IMG/VR virus record: IMGVR_UViG_3300015360_000024
Location: 64,001 to 128,000 of that record
Source: a virus
Direction: 5' to 3' (one strand)
Length of the DNA stretch: 64,000 nt
The notes beneath the pieces are model-generated. The model was not told the origin of the DNA. It did no database searches and was given only the letters and a program-made list of their open reading frames with translations. Within the stretch, counting starts at the first letter, position 1; each line of letters starts with the position of its first letter. Positions 18,362-26,255 of the stretch are shown here, one piece after another. Made by a program: the position numbers and the translations under genes.

Positions 18362-18403
18362 AGCCCGCATGTTTACCTTTTGGTAACTGCGGGCTTTTGT
18401 TTG
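18362..18403 (+). terminator. intrinsic terminator
   Basis: AGCCCGCA...TGCGGGCT stem with inner TTACC/GGTAA, then TTTTGTTTGT. Confidence 0.7.
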
Positions 18404-18415
18404 TCCAGATCTTTA

Positions 18416-18453
18416 CGCAAACATTTGCGCGATGATCGGATCGCCCATAGTAT
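18416..18453 (+). promoter_or_regulatory. promoter whose -35 box overlaps the CGCAA-N4-TTGCG operator
   Basis: CGCAA-ACAT-TTGCG (18416-18429); TTGCGC-N17-TAGTAT. Confidence 0.6.
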
Positions 18454-18461
18454 CCGTCGAT

Positions 18462-19220
18462 ATGGGGGACACTATTCCAGGCAAAAAGCGCTGGACGATC
18501 GAAGAGGAGTCTCTCCTTCGCAAGTTATGGGGTACCCAGCGGGACTCCGAGCTTGCAGACAAGCTGGGGAAGACCGTTAAATCAATCAGGTCGAAGGCGA
18601 CCGAGATGAATGTTCGGGCCGAGAAGGGGCGCCGGACGGTCTGTAGATCTGGTCGAGTCGCCTATCCATGGCAATCCGATGAGGATCTTGTTCTCGTCAA
18701 GAACGTAGGGCACCTGAGCATATTCGAGCTGATGGGACTGCTGCCGCGCAGGAATAGGCTGGCGATCGAGCGCAGGTGCTACGAGCTTGGTTTCTCGCCG
18801 ACGCAGGGGACGCACACGCGTCTTCAGATTGAACGTGAGACCGGCTACAACTGGAGGCAGATCCAGCGTGCTCGTGATGCCCTTGGTCAGGTCTGGAAGC
18901 GGTACGGCACCAGGAAGTACATGATCACTTTCGATCAGGTACAGGACATGATCGAGTACCTCAGGACAGAGACAAGGAAATGGTCTCTGCACTATGGACT
19001 TGATGGCTGCCTGATCTGCGGTGCTTCAGGCGGCGAAGAAAGAACGCGTCACTCAGGTGATGGGCTCTGTAAGCGCTGCTGGGATTTCAGACGGCACGGC
19101 AGGGTTCAGGTCGTCGATGCTCTTAAAAAGGGTAAGATGACGATTCTTACCGAAGAAATCTGGCACGCGTATATTCGCGACGAACCGATGGTTGAACAGG
19201 CCATCGCCGTCTCTGCTTGA
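18462..19220 (+). CDS. protein with tandem Myb/SANT-like HTH repeats and a C-terminal Cys motif
   Basis: RWTIEEESLLRKLW...SELADKLGKTVKSIRSKA and PWQSDEDLVL...RRNRLAIERRCYELG; CLICG...CKRC; start 18462 or 18432. Confidence 0.7.
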   Translation: MGDTIPGKKRWTIEEESLLRKLWGTQRDSELADKLGKTVKSIRSKATEMNVRAEKGRRTVCRSGRVAYPWQSDEDLVLVKNVGHLSIFELMGLLPRRNRLAIERRCYELGFSPTQGTHTRLQIERETGYNWRQIQRARDALGQVWKRYGTRKYMITFDQVQDMIEYLRTETRKWSLHYGLDGCLICGASGGEERTRHSGDGLCKRCWDFRRHGRVQVVDALKKGKMTILTEEIWHAYIRDEPMVEQAIAVSA

Positions 19221-19234
19221 ACCAGGAGACAACA

Positions 19235-19324
19235 ATGAAGAAGATCGAATGGGCATGCTGGCCGCACTTCTGTGGCTTCCTTGGCGGTCTCGTTGGTGGA
19301 CGGATCATCGGCAAGGGCTTCTAA
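19235..19324 (+). CDS. 29-aa hydrophobic/amphipathic peptide
   Basis: SD AGGAG; MKKIEWACWPHFCGFLGGLVGGRIIGKGF. Confidence 0.5.
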   Translation: MKKIEWACWPHFCGFLGGLVGGRIIGKGF

Positions 19325-19363
19325 CCTCTGGCATAACTCCAGTGTGATAGGTAGGATGCCGGC

Positions 19364-19579
19364 ATGCCGATGAGGATCCAGCCCGATACGATGAGGTCGG
19401 AGATCGACCAAGTGATGGCCATACTCGCTGCCTGGAAAGAGCGACTTGAGGCAGGCGTCCCGGGCGACGAGCTTCCGGCGAACGATCTGAACTCGGAGAT
19501 TTTTCAGTTTCAGTTGCGCGGTGAGCTTCAACTTGCCGGTGAGCGTCTAATGGCGCTTGTTGAGGTTATGGAGCCATGA
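19364..19579 (+). CDS. hypothetical protein
   Basis: 71-aa ORF coupled (ATGA) to the ParB-like gene. Confidence 0.55.
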   Translation: MPMRIQPDTMRSEIDQVMAILAAWKERLEAGVPGDELPANDLNSEIFQFQLRGELQLAGERLMALVEVMEP

Positions 19580-20352
19580 AGTCAGTTCCACTGAAAACAG
19601 ACCTGGACATCGCTCGAATTGAGGTGGATCCGAATATTCTCGTGGGCGCCGAATGGAACCCTAACGAGATGGAGCAGGCCGAGTTCACATTGCTTAAGCA
19701 GCAGATGGGCGAGGTCGGGTTCATCGATCCGCCAACCGTTGCCGAGGTTGAAGACGCCAAGGGCAAGAGGTTCTATCGCATCATCGGCGGGCATAATCGC
19801 GTCGCTGCCGCCAAGGAGCTTGGCATCAAGCTGATCCCCGTCGACGTACTTCAGGGCGAGCGCTGGAAGGATGAAGACCTTCAGAAGTTGCAGACCGTTC
19901 GCCTGAACGTCCTGCATGGCAAGACCAACCCAGAGAAGATGGTGGCTCTCTACAACGAGATGGCGACCAAATACGGGGCTGCTGTCACGAGCATGCTCGG
20001 TTACACGACCGACCACGGGCTCAAAAAGATGATCAAGCAGGTCAAGGGAGACCTGGCAAAGGCACTTCCGCCAGATCTCCAGGAGCAGTTCAAGGAGCAG
20101 GCGAAGGAAGCCAAGACGGTCTCCGACCTGGAGAAGATCATCAAGCGCCTAATGGATGAGGGTGGAGATACAGCGAAGCATGGCTTCGTGGTCTTCTCGT
20201 GGGGAGGTAAGGAACACATTTACGTCACGATGTCTGATAAGACGCGCGAGGCGATGAAGCGTATTGTCAGAGCTTCCAGGGACAAGAAGGTCGACGTCAA
20301 CGAGATCATCGAAGAGGCCGTCGTGGATGCTGCGAGAGGCCTCAATAACTAG
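19576..20352 (+). CDS. ParB/Srx N-terminal domain protein
   Basis: EWNPNEM...GFIDPPTV...YRIIGGHNRVAAAKELG. Confidence 0.8.
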   Translation: MKSVPLKTDLDIARIEVDPNILVGAEWNPNEMEQAEFTLLKQQMGEVGFIDPPTVAEVEDAKGKRFYRIIGGHNRVAAAKELGIKLIPVDVLQGERWKDEDLQKLQTVRLNVLHGKTNPEKMVALYNEMATKYGAAVTSMLGYTTDHGLKKMIKQVKGDLAKALPPDLQEQFKEQAKEAKTVSDLEKIIKRLMDEGGDTAKHGFVVFSWGGKEHIYVTMSDKTREAMKRIVRASRDKKVDVNEIIEEAVVDAARGLNN

Positions 20353-20354
20353 CC

Positions 20355-20669
20355 ATGGCGAACAACGAAGACGATACGACTGGGGACCCACCCGGGCTGC
20401 CTGACGATATCGTCGGAGACTCCAGGCGTATTCGTCTAATCAGCATCGATCCCACCACCGGGCACGACAAATCGATGGTTGGTGAGGCGTGGCAGGATCC
20501 GGATGGCAGTCTTCGTGGAACCGGGATCGCCGCCGTGATGCTGTTTGAACCGCTCTCGAATGAGAAGTACCGCCAGGCGTCTGTGGCGAAGGATATTTCT
20601 CCGCTCTCGGTGTTGTACGCGAGACTCGCTCGGAGTTCGTTCATTCGGGTGGAGCTGGTGGAAAAATGA
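20355..20669 (+). CDS. small kinase-associated protein A1
   Basis: Paralog of 22266-22526 (DSRRIR...AWQ..DG.L); ATGA-coupled to the kinase-fold gene. Confidence 0.7.
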   Translation: MANNEDDTTGDPPGLPDDIVGDSRRIRLISIDPTTGHDKSMVGEAWQDPDGSLRGTGIAAVMLFEPLSNEKYRQASVAKDISPLSVLYARLARSSFIRVELVEK

Positions 20670-22282
20670 CCAGAGACATCGACGAGGCCGCGTTTGGAGC
20701 TGGACTGACGAGGGTCGTTAAGAAGGTCAAGCGTGGTGACAAGACGGTAGATCAGGCCTTCCACGTTAAGAAGGCTGCGCCAGACGATAAGTATGCGGCA
20801 AACAAGCCGTCAGAGATGAAGGTACCCAAGAAGGCAGCTGCGCCAGAGCAAGCACAAGAGCCCGAGGTAGTTCCGCCTGCTGTGAATCAGACCGTCGATC
20901 AGCTGGATGACATGACCGGCGAGGTGCCAGAGCAGGCGGCTCCGACGCGGATTATGGTTCGTACGCGCGAGATTCCCTGGGTCAAGAGGAAGACCGGCAA
21001 GGAAGATGAAGATCCAATCCCGAAGGAGCTGCGCCGGAGATTCGACAAGCGGAGCAAGAAGTCGATCTCAGTGATGGCAAATCCGGCGGTGACTGGGTCG
21101 CCGATCATGACGGTCGTGCCGACGGATAGGATTTTCTGGGGTGCGGACGAGCCCGACCTCCTGATGTCGTTGCGTCACGGCGACATCAAGAAAATGCGCC
21201 TGGTTGGCGGCAGTAACGGGTTGATGATCGCGAAGATTGAGTCTCGCGGCGGCGGCTCGTTCTACGGTTTTATGTGGATGGAGTCGTTGCGCTGCTCGCT
21301 CATCAGGCAACTCTGGGGAGGGGTCATCGACTTCGTGACTGAGGATGGGCCTCTGTCCAGGCGGGCTACCTGCGCCTATGAAGTCTCCAAGGCCTGCGGC
21401 CTGGATGATCTGACGCCGCCAACCGTGCATCGAATCGATGACGACGGCGATATCATGGGGATGTTGCCAGACTCTCTGATTGAGCAAGCGAACGAGTGGG
21501 TTTCGCGCACGACCGGCAAGGATCCGCAGACGGTACGAGAGAAGCTTGGCGCACACGCCACCGTTCAGCTCATTCGTGATGAGCCATGGCCGATCGAATC
21601 GGAGAACTGGTTCAGGGACCTGTTTGGTAGGCCTTCGAACGCTCTCAATAACATCTGGGAAGTAATGCCGCCAGATCGTCGGGTCGGCTTCCTGAGAATC
21701 GCAGCCCTGGATTTTGCAATTGGTTGCCTTGACCGTTCCTGGGGTGACATCGCGTTCTCGAACAACCCAAGGCATCCAGTGATGGTGTTCGGCGGCGAGC
21801 TGTCGATTACTTGCCCGAGGACAATCGGTATCGAGTACGCCACCGGAAACTACGGTAGCTACTCCGATGACGTTCCAGGAACGTTGCCTTTGCTCTGGAG
21901 TGAAGCGCTCACGATGCTGGTGGTTCGAGGCGGGGATGAAGAGATCGCCGGCTTCGAGGAGATCGGTATCAACATCGCCACCCGAATGAAGGACAACCGA
22001 GCGGTTGAGTTGGCGAGGTCATTACTGGAGCACAAGGCAACTCCACTGCAGATCTGCGGTGTTCTGAGCCGCATCTGGATGATGATGACCTGGTCAAAGG
22101 ACATCGCAAAGGACCCGTATTTTGCGGCGCGGTATTACGCTGCCGTGGTTTCCGGTGGAGCCAATCAGATTTTCAAGGGCGTGGAAGACTTCGTTAACAA
22201 CACGATGCACCAGGTGCTCGTGAGGGATTTCGATTTCTACACGGAGATGGAGTCAGGAGGTCCCGATGCAAGCGATCTCTGA
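20666..22282 (+). CDS. PI3/4-kinase/HipA-fold protein K1, probable pseudokinase
   Basis: RRATCAYEVSKACGLDDLTPPT and IAALDFAIGCLDRSWGD fit the family; metal-binding N and DxG Asp are missing (VMVFGG). Confidence 0.7.
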   Translation: MTRDIDEAAFGAGLTRVVKKVKRGDKTVDQAFHVKKAAPDDKYAANKPSEMKVPKKAAAPEQAQEPEVVPPAVNQTVDQLDDMTGEVPEQAAPTRIMVRTREIPWVKRKTGKEDEDPIPKELRRRFDKRSKKSISVMANPAVTGSPIMTVVPTDRIFWGADEPDLLMSLRHGDIKKMRLVGGSNGLMIAKIESRGGGSFYGFMWMESLRCSLIRQLWGGVIDFVTEDGPLSRRATCAYEVSKACGLDDLTPPTVHRIDDDGDIMGMLPDSLIEQANEWVSRTTGKDPQTVREKLGAHATVQLIRDEPWPIESENWFRDLFGRPSNALNNIWEVMPPDRRVGFLRIAALDFAIGCLDRSWGDIAFSNNPRHPVMVFGGELSITCPRTIGIEYATGNYGSYSDDVPGTLPLLWSEALTMLVVRGGDEEIAGFEEIGINIATRMKDNRAVELARSLLEHKATPLQICGVLSRIWMMMTWSKDIAKDPYFAARYYAAVVSGGANQIFKGVEDFVNNTMHQVLVRDFDFYTEMESGGPDASDL

Positions 22283-22526
22283 TTCACGGCGAATTCGCAT
22301 CAAGACGGTCAATTTGATCAACGGCGAGCTTGTGCCATCTCAGGCTGCCGATGCTTGGCAAGAGGAAGACGGCAAGCTTGTTCTGAGTGGGCTCTGGGCG
22401 GATCTCGTTCCGTTCGTAGACGAAGATCATGCTTTGGTCGCGGCCGAGCTTGGTGTTTCCCAGCTGGAGTGGCTGCGTATGCGCATCCAGACGTTCCCGT
22501 TTATCGTCATGGAGATCTACGACTAA
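22266..22526 (+). CDS. small kinase-associated protein A2
   Basis: Paralog of A1; TAATG-coupled to K2. Confidence 0.7.
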   Translation: MQAISDSRRIRIKTVNLINGELVPSQAADAWQEEDGKLVLSGLWADLVPFVDEDHALVAAELGVSQLEWLRMRIQTFPFIVMEIYD

Positions 22527-23809
22527 TGTCCGGCAGGAAGTCATGGTTGAATCCAAGCGACCTGCTGAAGCCAGGGCGGCTTGCGGCGTTATTCTCTGAG
22601 GACGACAAAACCGCTGTTCTTCCAGTTCCAGCTCCTGGTTTGCAAGCCAAGATAGAGCCGCCGCCGAATGCGGCGCCGTCCATGGCTGGACCGGCGAATG
22701 CTGGCACAGCTCCGTCTGCTCCAGCAGCTTCAGATCACGTAGCGCACTGGTCACCGATGCCGAAGAGGTCCGAGGTCGCCCACGACGAGCCGAGCCTGGC
22801 TTATCGAACCAGGCCAGACCTGGCGTCGCCAGCAGACCGTCATAAAGAGTTCTATGACGCCTACCACAATAAGGGCGCCACCAATAAGACTCTCAGACAG
22901 CACAAGAAGGGCAGCCTCAACGTTGTCTTCCATGGGCAGATGAACACCGGGCATCAGTACATCGCGAAGCCGCACGAAGGCATCGGTCATCGCGATCTGG
23001 ATACGCTGACACCGGAGACCCTGCAGTCGTTGAAGGCCGATGCGATGGATGCCGGCGCCCGGCATGACGCTACCTACGAGTTGATGTCAGCGATGGGCGC
23101 GCACCATATGGTCGTCCCAGGAGCGACGACGAACATGCACGGTCGTCATCAATTCAAGGGTCCAGATCCGGATGCCGACGATAGTCCAAGCAAGCGCCTG
23201 ACGATGGCCGCGCACCACGCCAGAGAGCAGGCGCACATTCAGGAATTCGTTCCAGGAGCGCTCAATGTTCACGACGCGACACCGGAACAGCTGGACAAGG
23301 TCGATGGTGAACACCGACTTCACGGCGTGGTTTCTCACTTGCTGTTCGGAGCCCAGGATGGCCACAGCGGAAACGTGATGATTCATCCTGCAGGTCATCC
23401 GGTCATGATCGACCACGACATGACATTGGCCACTCCGCAGGCCAGCGTAAACAAAGATGTTTTAGGAAAAGAGGCGATACGGTCAGCGTTTGCGCCTGGG
23501 TCGAAACTTGACTATCAAGCCAAATTACCTAAGGATAGTGCAGGTCAAGTGATTCCAGTCGGCAACAACTTCCCTCCTCGGATGCGCGAGACGCTTCAGC
23601 GTGTCGCCGAGGGGTACTACGGGAAAGGCCACGGGTCTCTTGGTCTTTCTGAAAAAGACCATGCCGCACTTCAGAAGAACGCCCGCGAGCTGCTTCTGTA
23701 CGGCATTGAGGGCACCCTGGATCGTCGCGTCAATATCGATACGGTCATGCGCGACAAGAAGGCTGCGAAGGAAGCGCTCAACAGCCAGATCGACGGAGCG
23801 AAATCCTAG
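22526..23809 (+). CDS. PI3/4-kinase/HipA-fold kinase K2, catalytic residues intact
   Basis: YIAKP (ATP Lys), RHDATYELMSAMG, LFGAQDGHSGNVMI (D-x-H-x-x-N), VMIDHD. Confidence 0.78.
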   Translation: MSGRKSWLNPSDLLKPGRLAALFSEDDKTAVLPVPAPGLQAKIEPPPNAAPSMAGPANAGTAPSAPAASDHVAHWSPMPKRSEVAHDEPSLAYRTRPDLASPADRHKEFYDAYHNKGATNKTLRQHKKGSLNVVFHGQMNTGHQYIAKPHEGIGHRDLDTLTPETLQSLKADAMDAGARHDATYELMSAMGAHHMVVPGATTNMHGRHQFKGPDPDADDSPSKRLTMAAHHAREQAHIQEFVPGALNVHDATPEQLDKVDGEHRLHGVVSHLLFGAQDGHSGNVMIHPAGHPVMIDHDMTLATPQASVNKDVLGKEAIRSAFAPGSKLDYQAKLPKDSAGQVIPVGNNFPPRMRETLQRVAEGYYGKGHGSLGLSEKDHAALQKNARELLLYGIEGTLDRRVNIDTVMRDKKAAKEALNSQIDGAKS

Positions 23810-24114
23810 TGCTGGTCATTTTTGTATTCGATGGAGATCGCGACCGTGTTCGCGAGGTCATCTGGCAAAAGGCAGAGAACCTGGTCGTGTCCAAGCACTG
23901 GTTCCAAGATGGAACCGTCAAGGACGAGGTGCTCGCTGCGGACAACCTCCTTCAGGCACTCGACGAGCGTGGTGGCATATACTCGGTGTGTCACCCGGCC
24001 GAGGTTGGCGATCTGCGCTCAGCGTTCAAGTACCTTGGCAAGTCTGCGGACCTAGTGGAGACTCTGCCAGATGTCGACCTCACCACAGCAATCCAGCCTA
24101 GCGTCGCTCCGTAA
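23809..24114 (+). CDS. small kinase-associated protein A3
   Basis: GTG start overlapping the K2 stop; weak similarity to A2 (IWQKAENLVVS vs AWQEEDGKLVLS). Confidence 0.55.
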   Translation: MLVIFVFDGDRDRVREVIWQKAENLVVSKHWFQDGTVKDEVLAADNLLQALDERGGIYSVCHPAEVGDLRSAFKYLGKSADLVETLPDVDLTTAIQPSVAP

Positions 24115-25420
24115 GGTCTTCGGATCGCTGTCGCAGCGCAAGCCGAAGCCATCCAAACGCGAGGCCGACCTACCGTCATTTGACGATGCCGCTTTGGTGC
24201 CGGAGCAGTTGCCGGCACAGGCGATGCCACACGAGAAGACCGGAATCGTGTTGGTGCCTTCGCGCCGCATCGACGGATCAGACCTAGATGCGCCATGGAA
24301 TGGTTCGGAGCAAACCATCTGGAACTGGCTGCGAACCACGCCAATTGAGTTCATCGAGGAGCGTGTCCTCACCGGCCTGGATGGAACTTTCTGGGCCCGG
24401 TGTAGGAACGACGAAGGCCGGCTGAGGAGCACGCTGCTGCGTTTCGATACGATCGGTCTAGAAGACCTCTACAAGCTCTGGGGTGTGGAGTATGGGATCG
24501 CGGCGGAGAACCACGACATCCTCAGACGCGAGCAGGCGGCGTACGAGATAGCTAAGGGCCTTGGTTGCGAAGACATGGTTCCTCCGTTGGCGGTGCGGAC
24601 GCTCAATCTGGTTCCGCTGATCTCGGATGCTGTTCGAGAGAAGGTGGCCGCGAAGTATGGAATCGACCCGATTCTCGTCGATGAAACCTACGGGGTCGTG
24701 GGAGCGCTACAGCTTGTTCCGTTGAACGCTCGAAGCTTTGTTGACCACTGGGCCATGCTTGGGCCTGACCCGGCCAGTAGGTTCGCCAGGGCGTCGTCGG
24801 CGCTCAGGTACAGCATGTACCGGCTTATCGCGCTGGACTTCGTGTTGGGTACTGGAAATCGCACGATCGCCAACCTGTTGTTCAACGAGTCCACTGGTTC
24901 CCTGGCGGTTGTCGGCTTTGGTGTAACGCTGGCCAATCCGATGACGGCGGCAGACCATTACCTTGCGCAACGGGCACAGGGCTGGGGTCGGCATATTCCT
25001 GGACCACTGGAAGATCCGGCTCCAGGGGCCCCGCCGTCCGGGACTGATTCGATTTACCTCGCGAACGGTTTCACGGACAGGGAACGCGAGGAGTGCCTGG
25101 CTACGTTCAGGCAGATGTCCGAGGCAACCGACGAGAGAACCGTGGTTCTGCTTTGCCAGATCATGGAGGAGATCGGCATCCCTCGTGAGTGCATCGCAGG
25201 CTTCGTGTCGAGACTGGTGTTCCTCCAGGAGGATCCTGACGCAGTTATCGATAACCCGACCGACCACACCCGCAGCATCCTCGTTCCACTACGCCGTGGG
25301 TTCGCCTTCGACGAGGGCCGCAACCTGAAGGTGGTCGAGACGACGAATCAGATCCTAACGGCAGCAACGGCAGAGGGATTCGACTTTACCTCTGCAATGC
25401 AAGCTCAGCCGGCTCAGTAG
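24071..25420 (+). CDS. PI3/4-kinase/HipA-fold protein K3, probable pseudokinase
   Basis: RREQAAYEIAKGLGCEDMVPP and LIALDFVLGTGNRTIANLL (catalytic D replaced by N); AVVGFG (D lost). Confidence 0.72.
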   Translation: MSTSPQQSSLASLRKVFGSLSQRKPKPSKREADLPSFDDAALVPEQLPAQAMPHEKTGIVLVPSRRIDGSDLDAPWNGSEQTIWNWLRTTPIEFIEERVLTGLDGTFWARCRNDEGRLRSTLLRFDTIGLEDLYKLWGVEYGIAAENHDILRREQAAYEIAKGLGCEDMVPPLAVRTLNLVPLISDAVREKVAAKYGIDPILVDETYGVVGALQLVPLNARSFVDHWAMLGPDPASRFARASSALRYSMYRLIALDFVLGTGNRTIANLLFNESTGSLAVVGFGVTLANPMTAADHYLAQRAQGWGRHIPGPLEDPAPGAPPSGTDSIYLANGFTDREREECLATFRQMSEATDERTVVLLCQIMEEIGIPRECIAGFVSRLVFLQEDPDAVIDNPTDHTRSILVPLRRGFAFDEGRNLKVVETTNQILTAATAEGFDFTSAMQAQPAQ

Positions 25421-25423
25421 CCG

Positions 25424-25437
25424 CGCAAACACTTGCG
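25424..25437. promoter_or_regulatory. CGCAA-ACAC-TTGCG operator-like palindrome
   Basis: Just after the K3 stop, upstream of the terminase operon. Confidence 0.6.
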
Positions 25438-25465
25438 CCAGTATCCCAAGCTACCTTTTGGATGT

Positions 25466-25495
25466 TTGCGCGTGATCAGCTGTTTCGGCTAATAT
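25466..25495 (+). promoter_or_regulatory. possible promoter of the packaging/structural operon
   Basis: TTGCGC-N18-TAATAT; same -35 variant as at 18425. Confidence 0.45.
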
Positions 25496-25506
25496 CTGCG
25501 TAGCTT

Positions 25507-26253
25507 ATGTCGAGCACCACGAGACGTCCGCCGATCCGTCCGGTCAGTAGGGAACCGAAGAAGGCTGCCGCCAGCCTGCAGGAATGCAGATGTTTCGATG
25601 AGGTCGAGCGCAGGCTAAGGCTCGGGTGGTCGGCGCCAGACCTTGTGAAGTTCATCCAAGAGGAAAGCGGGGAGTTGACACACCTGAGCGCTACGTATGT
25701 TCAGAAGATGATCAACGAGTTCAGGAGCACGATTCCTCCGGCCGAGTTGCTGCTGACGACGCAGAACACGAGCGTTGCGGTCCACACGGCTCAGAGGCTC
25801 GCGAACGGCATGTACGAGCTTGAGAAGCTCAACGAGCTGTACGACCTCCAGATGGATCGAATCAAGATCGACGTCGAGAACGAGAAGAAGATCAATAAGC
25901 TCTTCCCGTCGACCGGACGCGAGATTTTCTACGCGATGAAGATTTTGAACCAGGCTTCCGAACTGAAGATGAACCTTGGCATCGCCAAGAGACAGTTGGG
26001 CGAGGTCTCAGTGACCGGAGCGGCGGCCGTGCAGATTGCCGATCGGTACTCCGATGGAGTCGGCAAGGTAATGTCCGACCCAGATAGTCGCCGGAAAGTC
26101 CTCGGCATGGTTGAGACCCTGATGATGGTGGGGGCGCGGGCAAAGCTCGATGCGACTGAGATCATCGCCAGCGCAGCGCATTACGCTGACAGCAAGGTCA
26201 TCGACGTCGACCCTGAGCCTGTGGAGCCGTTTCCCGAGCCCGTGGACGAGTAG
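25507..26253 (+). CDS. putative terminase small subunit
   Basis: Helical HTH-like N-terminus; directly upstream of the large subunit (position is the main evidence). Confidence 0.55.
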   Translation: MSSTTRRPPIRPVSREPKKAAASLQECRCFDEVERRLRLGWSAPDLVKFIQEESGELTHLSATYVQKMINEFRSTIPPAELLLTTQNTSVAVHTAQRLANGMYELEKLNELYDLQMDRIKIDVENEKKINKLFPSTGREIFYAMKILNQASELKMNLGIAKRQLGEVSVTGAAAVQIADRYSDGVGKVMSDPDSRRKVLGMVETLMMVGARAKLDATEIIASAAHYADSKVIDVDPEPVEPFPEPVDE

Positions 26254-26255
26254 TC

